Positions 34,072-46,945 of a stretch of 64,000 nucleotides of DNA are shown piece after piece (position 1 is the stretch's first letter; every line of letters begins with the position of its first letter). The translations under genes were made by a program, and so were the position numbers. This stretch comes from Balanoglossus misakiensis. Lineage: Eukaryota; Animalia; Hemichordata. The DNA is taken from contig JBECUI020000034.1 of NCBI GenBank assembly GCA_040954595.2, forward strand, positions 124,001 to 188,000, given 5' to 3'. Under the pieces are notes generated by a model, which saw nothing but the letters and a program-made list of their open reading frames with translations, ran no database searches and was not told the DNA's origin.

Positions 34072-34503
34072 ATATTGGGTTGTTAGGTATAACAGCTGCG
34101 ATAGCTTTTTCAGCTATCGGATCAGCTATTGGAACAGGTGTAGCCGGCATGTCTACTATTGGCGCTTGGAAACGTTGCTTGATGCAGAATAAACAAGCAC
34201 CATTTTTGCTTATTACATTTGTTGGTGCACCGTTAACGCAGACAATCTATGGGTTAATTCTCATGGGGGCACTTCAGCAAGCAACAGGGAGTAGATTTGG
34301 CAGTTATTTTTGGTGCCGGAATTTTTGGTGGTGCTGCTATGGGCACATCGGCTTTCTTTCAAGGAAAAGCTGGTGCGGCAGCTTCAGATGCCTTTGCAGA
34401 AACAAATAAAGGCTTTGCTCTTTATCTTTTTGTTATTGGTCTGGTTGAAACGGTTGCACTCTTTGTTATGGTTTTTCTGTTGAATATTATTTCAGCCGGA
34501 TAA
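34068..34503 (+). CDS. V/A-type ATP synthase subunit K, two-hairpin proteolipid (frameshift near 34290)
   Basis: SAIGSAIG, APLTQTIYG, SAFFQGKAGA, GLVETVALF; ATGA overlap with subunit I. Confidence 0.93.
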
Positions 34504-34507
34504 AAAT

Positions 34508-35401
34508 GTGGTACGGGTACTTTCTGTAGCAATACTGGCACTAAACTCACTTGTCATTCTCTTTGCGCAAGAAACGCCTGCCTGGGTTACCTTGGCAAAG
34601 GGCATGGAAGCCTATCGTAATAATCGACTGAGTGATGCGATGCAGCTTTTTCAAACAGCACGGCAAAGTAGAGCGGTGTATCCGGAGGCAGATTATGCCA
34701 TTGGGTTAGTATACGATGCCGAGTTGAATCTTGAACTTGCTGAACGTTATTATCGTGCCGCACTTGATACAAGACGCGATCTAGCAATTCTGGAAGATAT
34801 CTATCCTATTCAATACCAGCTATCTCGTCTCTACTGGCTGAGGCGGAATTATGTTGCTTTTGAAAATCAACTTCTTGCAATAATAGCCGATGACCCGCTG
34901 TTCTTGGAGGATAATTGGTTTCGGAATAATTCTCTCTTGACTTTTATGCGGAACAGTACTGATAATCTCTTACTGCTCTACCGGAGAGAACAGAGTTTTT
35001 CTTATGTTGCACATCGTGAGCTTGGCATTTATTATACAATTGCAGGACGCGACCTAGCAGTTGAACATCTTGTTATGGCCTTGGTACAATCGATAACACC
35101 ACTCATACGGGGATTACAGGAGCACGTTCCATTTTATGAGTTCACAACCTTGGAAACTCTGTTTCAGGATATTGCCGCGTATCAGGAGTACAGCGATTAT
35201 GTTGTGGAAAATGATTTGTATAGAGTACTGTACTTTTTAGGTCATGCAGCGTATATATTTAACCCTCAGTCACCGCGTTCGAGAGAAATATGGACACTGC
35301 TTGCGGGTATAGAGGATGCAGGGCAGTGGGCGGCACGGGCAGAATCGAGCATTGTCCAACCGGGAAATTTTTATGTTGTTGATTTTGCTCCGAACTTTTA
35401 A
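34508..35401 (+). CDS. Exported TPR-like protein
   Basis: Signal peptide, YPEADYAIGLVY TPR-like helices. Confidence 0.7.
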   Translation: MVRVLSVAILALNSLVILFAQETPAWVTLAKGMEAYRNNRLSDAMQLFQTARQSRAVYPEADYAIGLVYDAELNLELAERYYRAALDTRRDLAILEDIYPIQYQLSRLYWLRRNYVAFENQLLAIIADDPLFLEDNWFRNNSLLTFMRNSTDNLLLLYRREQSFSYVAHRELGIYYTIAGRDLAVEHLVMALVQSITPLIRGLQEHVPFYEFTTLETLFQDIAAYQEYSDYVVENDLYRVLYFLGHAAYIFNPQSPRSREIWTLLAGIEDAGQWAARAESSIVQPGNFYVVDFAPNF

Positions 35402-35415
35402 TAGGACCCCACAGC

Positions 35416-38244
35416 ATGGACTATATTACCGTATCGGGGTGCACGAGAACATAATTTAAAGAACATAAGTCTCAAGATTCCTCATCGTAAACTTACAGTT
35501 ATCTCAGGCGTCAGCGGTTCAGGAAAATCCTCTTTAGCATTTGACACCATCTTTGCAGAAGGACAACGGCGATATGTTGAATCCCTTTCTTCGTATGCAC
35601 GGCAGTTTCTTGGCAGATTGGATAAGCCGGATGTTGATAATATTGAGGGATATCACCGGCAATATCGATTGAACAGAAATCGACCAATAGGAATCCACGC
35701 TCTACAGTTGGAACTATTACTGAAATATCCGACTACTATCGGCTCTTGTTTGCCCGTATCGGCATTCCACATGACCCAAAAACAGGAAAACGAATTGAGC
35801 GGCAATCGGTCGATGAAATCGTTTCTTCCCTGCTTGCACTTCCTGAAGGAACCCGATGTATAATTTTTGCTCCCCGTATACGTATGCAACGGGGACAGCA
35901 TCAGAAATTACTGCAAGATGCCCGAAGTGCCGGCTTTATGCGGGTACGTATTGACGGTGAATTGTTGGAACTTGACCAAGAGATCACCCTTGATAAACAT
36001 AAGAAACATAGCATTGACATTCTTATTGATCGGCTTATTATCAAACCGGAAAGCAGGAAGCGACTGGTAGAAGCTGTAGAGACTGGGCTTAATTTGGCAG
36101 ATGGCATTATTAAAGTGCAAACTGAAAACAAGCAGGGGAAAAGTGAGCGTTCGTATTCTTTGGATTTTGCATATCCTGATGGAGATATTCCGTTTCCAAA
36201 GCTGGAACCCACGCTTTTTTCATTTAACAGTCCCTATGGTGCCTGTGCAACTTGTGCAGGGTTGGGATATATAAGAGAGTTTGATATTCAACTCATTGTT
36301 CCTAATCCAGCTCTTTCTTTTCATCAGGGAGGATTTGTACCGTATAATCCGGAATCGGCTTGGTATAGTCATTTCTTCGAAGCAATTTCAGAACATTTGC
36401 ATTTTGATTTATCCATGCCAATTCAGGATATTCCCCAGGATATCCTGAATACAATTTATTATGGATCCGATGATACAATAAAGTTCATCTATGAAACATC
36501 AACAGGACGCAGAGAGTACGTAAAAAAATTTACAGGTATCTTGCAGCATCTTCAGGAACGGTATCAGCAAACAACTTCCGGACATATCCGTCAGTGGCTT
36601 GAAACTTTTATGCGCAGCCATATCTGCAGCTCTTGTCAAGGCAAGCGTCTGCGACCAGAAGCGCTTGCCATACGTATTAATAACCGAAATATCTATGAAA
36701 TTAGTTCTATATCGGTACGGGATGCTACCAAGTTCTTTGCAAACTTGAAACTTACGGAGAACGAGAAGAAAATTTGTAGTGAGATACTGCGCGAAATTCA
36801 ATCTCGAATTCAGTTTTTGAATGATGTCGGATTGGAGTATCTTTCCCTTGAACGGAATGCTGCTACGCTATCTGGAGGAGAGGCCCAACGAATCGTTTGG
36901 CATCACAGATTGGGTCGGCGCTTACGTGTACTATATGTTCTTGACGAACCCACCATTGGTCTGCATCAACGTGACAACGATCGACTGCTTAAAACCCTGC
37001 ACAACCTTCGTGATGTGGGCAATACTGTTCTTGTTGTCGAGCATGATGAACAAATTTTACGTTCTGCGGACTACATTCTTGACCTTGGGCCCGGTGCAGG
37101 GGTACATGGTGGCGATCTTGTAGCGAGTGGTAATCCAACGGAGATTATCAACAACCAAAATAGTATAACAGGCCACTATCTAGCAAAAAATAATACAAGA
37201 AAAAAGTTTCCTGATCTTCGTGCCGGCAATAAGAAGAGCTTAAGCCTTAAGGGGGCACGCATGCATAACCTAAAAAATGTTGATATTGACATCCCCCTTG
37301 GTACGTTTACGGTTGTAACCGGTGTTTCAGGCTCCGGCAAATCAACAATCTTGCTTGATCTATTGCATGTACTACTGCAAGAACAGATAAATAATAAGAC
37401 TTCAAAAGTAGACATCAGCCCATTTTATGACTCTATCGAAGGTGTTGAGGCAGTGGATAAGGTAATCCATGTTGATCAATCGCCCATCGGAAGAACACCA
37501 CGATCCAATCCTGCAACCTATGTCAAAGCATTTCAGCCGATTCGAGAACTCTTTGCGAGTCTTCCAGAATCAAGAGCTCGTGGATATTTGCCGGGTAGGT
37601 TTTCTTTTAATGTGCGAGGTGGACGATGCGAGCATTGTCAGGGAGCAGGCACCATTAAAATAGAGATGCAGTTTCTCTCGGATGTCTATGTTATCTGTGA
37701 GGTATGCAAGGGAAAACGATTTACACAAGAAACTCTTGAAATATACTACAAAGGATATAATATATATGATATATTGAATATGACAGTAGAACAGTCTTCA
37801 GAACTATTCTCTGTTATACCGGCTATCAGTAATAAGTTGACAACTTTGAACAATGTCGGGCTTGGGTATATTACCCTCGGGCAATCAGCTCTGACTCTCT
37901 CAGGAGGTGAAGCACAGCGGGTTAAGTTGGCATTGGAGTTATCCAAACGCAGCACCGGCAATACTATTTGCATTATGGATGAACCGACAACGGGTTTGCA
38001 TTTTAAGGATGTTGAGCAACTTATGGATGTTATTTCGGATCTTGTTGACCATGGCAACACAGTTGTTGTTATAGAGCATAATCTTGATGTCATTGCGCGA
38101 GCGGACTATATTATTGACCTTGGACCGGAAGGGGGAGACCGGGGAGGGAGAGTGCTTGTTAGCGGCACTCCGAAAGAGGTAGCTGCAAAGACAAAAACAC
38201 ATACTGGGCGATATTTAAGGAAATTCTTTGACAACAACGCGTAA
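35416..38244 (+). CDS. uvrA: Excinuclease ABC subunit A (several indels)
   Basis: [31 protein letters not shown], two [16 protein letters not shown]. Confidence 0.95.
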
Positions 38245-41200
38245 ACTTCTCTTATTCATCATTCTAATTTATTCTTTGTACAATGTGTGGGGGCAAGAGG
38301 AGATTGTGGATTCTGCATCTCCTGCAGTAATCGAGCCAACCCCTATCCCCGATGGGGGCATGAACATACATGCAACGATCGTTCGAGATATCCGCTTAGC
38401 AACTTTTTTTGAATTAGTAACGTGGTTGCGCGCATTGGATCTCGAAACATCGGGAACAAGGGAAGAGTTGGAGCAAACTCTCTTTGACCACTATGAAATA
38501 ACAGAGATTGAACAAAGCATTAAGGAAGAGCAGCCATCTTCTGATGTTATGGTCATAATTGATTCGGCACAAAAATTTGAATTTTTCAAAGCGGAATTTG
38601 AATCGGAAGAATACATCCGCCTAAGAGGGGGTGTTATTATCCGCATTCAAAACCCCCAGCAGAAGGTAGAGCATATCATTCATGCCGATGCCATTACCGT
38701 CAATCGTAACTCAAGCATGCTGACGGCAACCGGAGAGATCGAATATATTCTCAGACACGATGACGGAACCGAGGAGCAGTTTAAGGGGACAGTATCACCT
38801 TCAACTTTAATAGCTGGGAAGGCATATTTATCGGGGGTGAAGTGATAACCGAGGATCTTCTTAATAAAGATAGTAATGCCGATTTTGTTTTTAGCGGCGA
38901 TACCATTAGTCGATCGGACAATGATGTTGTTGTCTTTGATCGCGTACAACTGTTTAGTGCCCGTGTTGATCCACCTTATTATTCCTTTCAGGGCAGTAAA
39001 CTTTGGTTGCTCGCCGACGAGGAGTGGGCAATTGTCAACGTTGTGCTCTATGTCGGAAACATTCCTGTCTTTTATCTCCCATTTTTCTTCAAGAATTCAG
39101 ACAGATTATTTTTTCGTCCATCGATAGGTTTGCATACGGAGAAGGGGCCCTATGTCAATACAACCACCTATATATACGGAAAACCGGTGGAGAAGGAGGA
39201 AAGTTTTTCAATCTTGCAGGTAACTGCAAGTAAAGACGAAAAGGATCGAGTTATTGATGGACTATTCCTGCGTCCCAAGCCACCCCCTCCGTTGGTGGAG
39301 GAAGACCCCGATCCCAAGAAAGATTGGACACTAAAATTTCTCCTTGACGGCTATTCTCGTATGGGAATATATGCAGGCATTGTTGGCGATTTCAAGGGCA
39401 TTGAGTCTTTTACTACGTTAAATTTTCGTTTTGGTCTGGCAATGACCAGAGCCATCTTTAACGTAAACAATGCATTTACAAACTATACGGTTTACGATGG
39501 GGCAGTACGCGATTATTGGTACTCAGGGTATATGTTTAACCTCAAATTACCTTATCTACGATACGAGATTGCTGCGAATATGGGAGGAAGCTTTCAGTCG
39601 CAGGGACGGTGGGCATTTAAGTTTAGCTGGTATTCTGGATACCTTATTTGTAAAGGATTTCTATGACCGTGATGAACAATTCAGCTGGGCATTCCTCCTT
39701 GGCAGGTTCATATCCGAAGAGTCCGAATCAAGAACAACGTATAGTGAACAAACAAGTTTTGTCTGGAGTTGGACATCATCATATAATCTTAATATTCGTT
39801 CTATTTCCCCTTGGCTCAAGATTAATTTTAGGCGACTCAATGCCTCAGTCGACTGGAGATCAAAATCAATATCATCAGCAAATATGTCCGCTATTATTGC
39901 CGGACAAACCCTTTATTCCAACCCCGAGGCAAAATTCTTCTATCCCGCGTTCTTAAAGCACCGGATCTTTCAATCAGTTTGTCCGGAACTCTACTAAATT
40001 ATACTGCACAGAATACTGTAGCCACACTGAGTGTTGAACCCTTGGCAAGCACGCCCCGGAGATGATCGATTGCAAGCGCCGTGGGAAGAAAATTACAATC
40101 TCCCAGAAGAGAAAGAGGAAGATAATGAAACTTTTCAGCTGGCAGATCTACGGAAAAGCAATTCAAAAGGCATTACCTTTCCCACACCGTTTTCAGTAAG
40201 GCTAAGCTACAACTTGCAGTCCGATCTGATAATTAATAATGCCACACAGAATGTACTCTGGAAAAAACCAGAAGATATGCAGATCAACGATATGACAGGA
40301 TACAGTATGTTGGAAAATAAGAACAGTGGATCATTAAATTATAATTTCCAATTTTTCGATTCGCATGTTAATGTTACAGGTGCATTCAAATTTAACGTCA
40401 ATCATTTCGAACTGTTATCAATCAAAGAAGAAATCTACAGTGCGGACGACATAGCAAAACTCCGTAGCGACCACATTCAAGGGACGGCAACAGACGATAA
40501 CTCACACCCTTACCAGCGATATTTATCCCTTAAAGAATTTTCCAATATTTGCTGCAACAAAGTTCAGTCATCAATTAGATAATACGGTTTATTCGCATAT
40601 CTTTTCCGCCATAGAAGAAGAGAAGCCAATATTTATTGATTCTGTTCTTGAATGGAATGATGAAATGGTTCAAAAGCATATCCTCAGTGGTAATTTTACA
40701 ACTGTCTGGGAACCCTTTTCACAGACTGTAAATGTTGGCGTATCATTACCTCCGAAGGAAATCGTTCTAACCCCATCATGGAAAGTAGGCATTGGACCAT
40801 TTCCACAACTGTTTCAACAGTCATTAAAGAATTGGAAAAGCCCAGCCCTCAATACGATCCGATCAAGGTACAGAGTTCTCTCAAAATTGATACCTGGTTA
40901 TCTCTTGACAAAACTTTGAGGCAGATGTAAATACAAACAAACTCATCAGCAGTACAACAAATATTGATCTGAGTTTTCTTGACCAGAAACTGAACTTCAA
41001 GACCACCCTCCGTGCATCACAGACACAAAGAGCATCGTTTGATCGTACAACCCGTTCCTGGGAATCCTACGGTGCACAGGAGTTATTACTACAAAGTCTT
41101 ACTTTTACAGCCTCTTTGAAGTACCCATTCGGTCCCTTCTGGAAGGATCGTATTACATTTCAGCTAAACGGTAGTGCGACATTAGAGTATAATTTTATTC

Positions 41201-41632
41201 GCTTTACTTCCAGCAAGTTACGATTAAGCTACGGAATGGTGCTTAATATCTATCGTTTTTTGAACCTGTCTTTTACAGTCAATATTCTAAACGACCAGTT
41301 TTATCGTTATTTTCCCACTTTGACGGAACAGATAGGAGTGAGCACGCGTGATTTTGGGCAAGAACTTCGATATTCTTTTAATATTTTTTCTCAAGCCGAC
41401 CTATTTCTTAGCTATTTCAAAACTGCAATCGATTGTTTTGAAACTGACCCATGACCTGGGTGATTGGGAATTATCATTAAGCTATACCGGGAAACCCGGA
41501 ATAATTACCAGAAACCAAGTAAGGTTATACGAATGGCAGAATATTTTGAATGTAGCAGTAAACTGGAAGCCAATTACCGAATTGCAAACAGAATGGAAAA
41601 TAACTGATGACGGTACTGAGATATTGAAATAA
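38228..41632 (+). CDS. LptD-like outer-membrane assembly protein (many indels, about 7 ORF pieces)
   Basis: Signal peptide, OstA-like segment (IRLRGGV..HIIHADAIT), LYVGNIPVFYLPFF, beta-strand-rich C-terminus (LTHDLGDWELSLSY); follows uvrA as in other spirochaetes. Confidence 0.78.
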
Positions 41633-41647
41633 AATTGAGGAAATTCC

Positions 41648-41676
41648 TTGATTCATTTTTCAATGTATTATAAACT
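41648..41676 (+). promoter_or_regulatory. Putative promoter of the phoH operon
   Basis: TTGATT-17-TAAACT. Confidence 0.5.
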
Positions 41677-41718
41677 ATGAAAACAAGAGAGCAATTTTGT
41701 CTGCGAATGCAACTGTAA

Positions 41719-42642
41719 ATGCAACATTTGTTTTTGCACGATATAAGTTTCGTCACTGAACTTTGTGGTGTAAATGATGCTAATGTTCGATATATAGAAG
41801 AATTACTTGGATGCCCGGTATATGTTCGGGGAAATATTTTGTACCTAGACAGCCAGAATGCTGATACACATAGTCTTTTTGCTCATATCTGTAAGCAACT
41901 TGTTTCATGTGTTGAGGCGGGGAAGGAAGTAACACATGATCTTATTCGATCACTCTTTGAAAGCGGAATGCAATATTCCGAACCACCCACAATACATATT
42001 CCCATCGTTGATGTAACCATATATCCGCGTACTGCTGGACAAAGAGAATTTATTTATGCCATGCAATCAGCGCAACTTTGTTTGGCAAGTGGACCTGCAG
42101 GAACAGGCAAAACATATTTAGCAGTTTCGCAAGCACTTTCTTGTATCTTTAGCAAAAAAGTAAAGCGTCTGGTCATGACTCGGCCAGTCGTAGAAGTGGG
42201 CGAACGATTGGGCTTTCTTCCAGGAGATGTTTCACAGAAGGTGGCTCCCTATCTCCACCCCTTATTTGATGTACTAGGGGCGCTTCTACCGCAGGATATT
42301 CTTGAGCGCATGGAAAAGAGAAAAGAAATAGAAGTACTTCCACTTGCCTATATGCGTGGAAGAAATATTGACAATAGCTTCATTATTCTTGATGAGGCAC
42401 AAAATGTAGGAAAAGAGCAAATGAAGATGTTTCTTACCCGGATCGGAGAAGGAAGCATAGCTGTCATTGCGGGAGATCCCAGCCAATGCGATGTTCCAAA
42501 CGAGCAGTCCGCATTAAAACATGCCATGAAAATACTAGCACCACTTGAGGAAGTGTCAATGGTTACATTTTCCAGTGCTGATGTTGTGCGTAGTTCCTTT
42601 GTAAAGAAAATTGTAGAATTATATGATGAGGAAAATGTCTAA
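41719..42642 (+). CDS. phoH: PhoH-family ATPase
   Basis: GPAGTGKT, RPVVEVGERLGFLPG, AYMRGR, LDEAQN. Confidence 0.93.
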   Translation: MQHLFLHDISFVTELCGVNDANVRYIEELLGCPVYVRGNILYLDSQNADTHSLFAHICKQLVSCVEAGKEVTHDLIRSLFESGMQYSEPPTIHIPIVDVTIYPRTAGQREFIYAMQSAQLCLASGPAGTGKTYLAVSQALSCIFSKKVKRLVMTRPVVEVGERLGFLPGDVSQKVAPYLHPLFDVLGALLPQDILERMEKRKEIEVLPLAYMRGRNIDNSFIILDEAQNVGKEQMKMFLTRIGEGSIAVIAGDPSQCDVPNEQSALKHAMKILAPLEEVSMVTFSSADVVRSSFVKKIVELYDEENV

Positions 42643-43087
42643 TTTAGTGCAAAACAATGTGGTGCGTTGTTCTGCTGTAGGATTGGATGATGAGTCCGAT
42701 TTTGCACAATTATCTGATTATACGGTGTATATAATGGATTATCTCAAGCTTGATTCCATGGAGGTATCAATTTGTATGGTTAGTAATGAATATATGCGTC
42801 ATTTGAGTTCTCATTATAGAAACATTGATGCAGTAACTGATGTACTATCTTTTTCTCAGCAAGAAGGGGTAGCTGTTCCGTCGGGTTCTATTCTTGGCGA
42901 TATTGTCTGTGCTCCACAATACATAGAAGAGCAGGCTCAGCGTTTGAACGTGCCGTATAAAGAAGAGCTACAAAGGTGTGTTCTGCATGGCTTATTACAC
43001 CTTATAGGCATGGAGCATACTGAAAAAAATTCTTACATGTTGCAGTTACAGGAAGAAATAATGCAACATTGCCGGAGTCTATTTTGA
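42635..43087 (+). CDS. ybeY: rRNA maturation RNase YbeY
   Basis: TDVLSF, LGDI, HGLLHLIGMEH. Confidence 0.93.
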   Translation: MSNLVQNNVVRCSAVGLDDESDFAQLSDYTVYIMDYLKLDSMEVSICMVSNEYMRHLSSHYRNIDAVTDVLSFSQQEGVAVPSGSILGDIVCAPQYIEEQAQRLNVPYKEELQRCVLHGLLHLIGMEHTEKNSYMLQLQEEIMQHCRSLF

Positions 43088-43872
43088 AACATTTCATAAC
43101 AAATTTGGATATTTTTAAGAATCGGAAGAAACGGAAGAGAGAAGAAAGTCTTTCTCCCGAGGCTTTGACCATGATAGAGGGCATATATGCTTTATCGGAG
43201 AAAACAGTAAAGGATATTATTGTTCCACGTATTGATGTAGTATTCTTGGAGTTGGAATCCTCCCGAAAGGAGTTCCTCAATACAGTTGCTACCTCGGGAC
43301 ATTCACGTTTTCCGGTGTACAAGGAACGGATCGATAACGTTGTTGGAACCTTATATGTCAAAGATGTATTAAATAGGTTTGAAGAAGATGCCATTGTCAT
43401 TGAAACAGTTATAAGAAAACCATTCTTTATACCCGAAAGCAAACGGCTGGATTCTTTGTTACGCGAAATGCAGAGCAGGCATATTCATATGGCGGTTGCT
43501 ATTGATGAATACGGCGGAGTTGCCGGCATTGTCTGTCTTGAAGATATTATCGAAGAAATCGTAGGAGAAATACAAGATGAATTCGATAACGAGGAATTGG
43601 ATATTACGAAGATCGGCGAGTCAATGTACCTCTGTGATTCCCGCGTTAATATTGACGATCTGAACGAAAAACTGGGGGTTGATATACCGAATAACGATTT
43701 TGGCACCCTCGGAGGGTTTGTCTTTGAACTCTTTGGAAAAATTCCTGTAAAATTTGAAAAAGTCAGTTATGACAGTCTGGAACTTATCATCCAGGAAATG
43801 GATGGGAGGAAAATAAAAAAGGTAAAAATTATAAAGAAACTTGTCAGAGATGAAGAAGAACATGAAGGGTAA
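43069..43872 (+). CDS. CBS-pair / CorC-HlyC family protein
   Basis: VPRID, GHSRFPVY, DEYGGVAGIVCLEDIIEEIVGEIQDEFD, TLGGFV. Confidence 0.92.
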   Translation: MPESILKHFITNLDIFKNRKKRKREESLSPEALTMIEGIYALSEKTVKDIIVPRIDVVFLELESSRKEFLNTVATSGHSRFPVYKERIDNVVGTLYVKDVLNRFEEDAIVIETVIRKPFFIPESKRLDSLLREMQSRHIHMAVAIDEYGGVAGIVCLEDIIEEIVGEIQDEFDNEELDITKIGESMYLCDSRVNIDDLNEKLGVDIPNNDFGTLGGFVFELFGKIPVKFEKVSYDSLELIIQEMDGRKIKKVKIIKKLVRDEEEHEG

Positions 43873-45874
43873 ATACGCACATTGCGTAGTATTTTTTCTC
43901 TGTAGTCTTTCCCTTCTTGTTGCACAAATCACGCCCCCATCGCTGGGAAATGCTCGAAGTCATTTTATTGAGGGTGAGGAGCATTTTGCAGATGGATTGC
44001 TCGGCAAGGAAGATGCATTATACCGTGCGGTTGATAGTTTCCTTCGTGCATTGGAAATTAATCCGCATTATTCCGAAGCCATGATTTCTCTTTCCCGTGT
44101 CTACTATCAGTTAAAGGAATACGACCGGGCATTAGAGTTTCTTAATCTTGCAGAGAGTGAGGGAACAACTACTGCCATCCATACTCAAAAGGCAAATATT
44201 TTTCTGGCACTTGGCAATCTTCCAGAAGCAGAAGGTCTTTTTGGATTAGCTTTAAGTAGCAATCCTAATGAGATAGATGCATATCTTGGTAAGGCAGAAT
44301 TAGCCCTCTTCAGGGGCAATGTTACAGAGGCATTATCGGAATACCGGGAAGTACTGAAACGTTCTGCAAATAACCGCAAGGCCCTGCTCGCAGTAGCAAT
44401 TATTAACAGCAGCATTGCACGGTTTCAAGATGCGGATATTGCCATTGAACAGGTTCTCCAGCACCATTCATTATCGCCCCTCGTGCATGAGACGGCAGCT
44501 ACCTACTATCTTTCCCGGAACAAGCATGAGTTAGCGGAGTATCATGCTCGAACGGCAATCAGCCTGAACAACTCGTCTGAGACTGCGTTATCTATCCTTG
44601 TGGATGTCGCCATGACGAACAATGATGTACGAACAGCAAGAGATTATGCAACACAGCTGGTATCGCTGAATCCTGATAGTCTTGCATCATGGTTAAAACA
44701 CGGGCATATTACCGCGGCAGCAGGTGACTTTGATACGGCCATAGAATCCTATCAACGGGCATTAATTATTAATCCCAATAGCGAATTGGTACATATCGCA
44801 CTAGAACATCTTCTCATTGAAGAACTTGATTATAGTGATAAGCGTCGAATCCGGCATGCACAGACCTACCTTGAGCGTGGAAAACAATTTAACCGTAGTC
44901 ATCGTAGCCAGGAAGCCGAGGTCATGTATCGACGCGGACTTCGCCTCGATCCCTATTCATTTGAACTCCGGCAGTCCCTTGCGGAATTATACAATATTCG
45001 GCAAGAGTACAGCAGATATTTGCAGGAACTCAATGTTCTAGCGACTCTGAGCGAAACAAGCAATAGGATACTTGAGGAAGAAATAGAAACCCTTGACAGT
45101 GCCTTAGCCACTACCGTTGCATCACGGTGGCAGGTTAATCAGTTTTTTATCGAACGAACAAGAACAAAAGTAAAACTTTTCTATAACAGCGTTCCCACCA
45201 CTGTTGAGGAGGAGAACCGAAAGTACATTGCCTGGTATGCCCGAGAGTTATTGCTGAATAATGATTCTTTACACCTAATGCCAAGTGTTGATCAAGTACC
45301 TTCTCTCAGTGATGCCATGAGCATTGCACGAAGTGAAAATGTTCAGTACTTTATCATTTTAGATGTTCAGCATTCCCCGCGTTCGGTTTTAAGTAGTGCA
45401 ACATTATACACTGCAGCCGGTGCAGAGATGGCAACACACTCTTCGCTGCAGGCAGGGCTGGACATGTTACGCCATTCACTGGAACAAGTTTGGATATTGT
45501 ACTTGCTGCCATACCGGTACGAGGAAGGGTATTAGAGCGTGTAAATAATTCAGTCCTTGTTGGCTTGGGCACCCTTGATGGCATTCTTCCGGGTACGGTT
45601 CTTCCAGTTTTGGAGAATGGAGCCATCACCCTGCAGCCTGATCCCCCAGGGATTTTCTTTTCCAGAAGAGTTATTGCTGGGAAATATTACTATTACAACA
45701 GTAGATGCACTTGTCTCAGAAGGAAATTATCTTCCAATAAGTTTTCCAGATCGCCTTCAGATTGGTGACGAAGTCATCATTCTTTTTACTGCTGATGATT
45801 TGGAACTGGCAAAACGAGTGCAATCTTTTCCCCTTCCGCAACCAATATTTTCTATTATTCGTGAATTGCCTTGA
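43862..45874 (+). CDS. Exported TPR protein (indels in the 3' part)
   Basis: Signal peptide, many TPRs (RALEINPHY, QRALIINPNS); continues through ORFs 45490 and 45557. Confidence 0.82.
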
Positions 45875-45899
45875 TTTATATCCTAATGCTTGATATACT
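45871..45899 (+). promoter_or_regulatory. Putative promoter of gap-pgk-tpiA-secG
   Basis: TTGATT-17-TATACT with TGn; GGAGG SD before gap. Confidence 0.6.
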
Positions 45900-45929
45900 T
45901 TTGGTAATATTTTTTAGCACGGAGGAATT

Positions 45930-46929
45930 ATGATTGCTATAAATGGATTTGGACGCATGGAAGAAATGTCTTTAAGATTGCACTTGAAAAGAATGTTGAT
46001 GTTGTTGGTATCAATGACATAACTGATACAAAGACACTTGCGTATTTGTTAAAGTATGACTCAACACAGGGAGGCTTTCCCGGTACAGTTGAGTTTGATG
46101 ATGATCATATTATTGTAAACAAGAAAAAAATACCGGAGTCTGCAGTGAGCGAAACCCGAAAAACATTCCATGGGGTGCAAAGCCTGCAGTTGTTATTGAA
46201 TCGACTGGAATCTTTCGAGAGCGAGAAGGTGCACGTGGTGGCTACGGTGACCATATTAAGAACACTTCTTTCCCGGCAAAACGTGTTATTTTAACTGTTC
46301 CGTCAAAGGATGATATTGATAATATGATAGTACTCGGGGTGAATGATCATGCTCTTCGTCCTGAGCATACCTGTATATCAAATGCATCGTGTACTACCAA
46401 TTGTCTTGCACCTATCGCTAAGATTTTGCATCAGGAGTTTGGCATTATTTCCGGATACATGACTACCGTACATGCCTATACAAACGATCAAGTTATTCTT
46501 GATGCACCACATAGTGATTTGCGTCGTGCTCGATCAGCTGCTCTTTCGCTTATCCCTACAACAACTGGGGCTGCAAAAGCAGTCGGCAAGGTTTTGCCGG
46601 AGCTAAACGGCAAGCTGGATGGTACTGCCATTCGTGTACCAATTCCAACCGGATCCATTGTTGACCTTGTTGCGGTACTTAAAAAGCCTGCTACAGTGCA
46701 GGAAGTAAACGATGCCGTGAAGAAAGCTGCTCAGGGAGAACTGAAAAACATTGTACAATATGTAGACGAGCCTATTGTATCGGCTGACATTGTACAGAAT
46801 GCCCATTCATCAATATTCGATGCACTCAGCACAATGGTAATGGGTGATATGGTAAAAGTTTTTTCATGGTATGACAATGAATGGGGATATTCGAACAGGG
46901 TTGTTGACCTTGCCAAGAAATTGATATAA
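45930..46929 (+). CDS. gap: Glyceraldehyde-3-phosphate dehydrogenase (indels in the 5' part)
   Basis: [37 protein letters not shown]. Confidence 0.96.
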
Positions 46930-46945
46930 TGGTTAAGGGTAGATA

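Noticed and set aside
32196-34409. Apparent V-ATPase I-K fusion protein (737-aa ORF)
   Set aside because: Caused by an extra G near 33872; the true subunit I C-terminus is in the next frame and K has its own AAGGAG SD and ATGA overlap.
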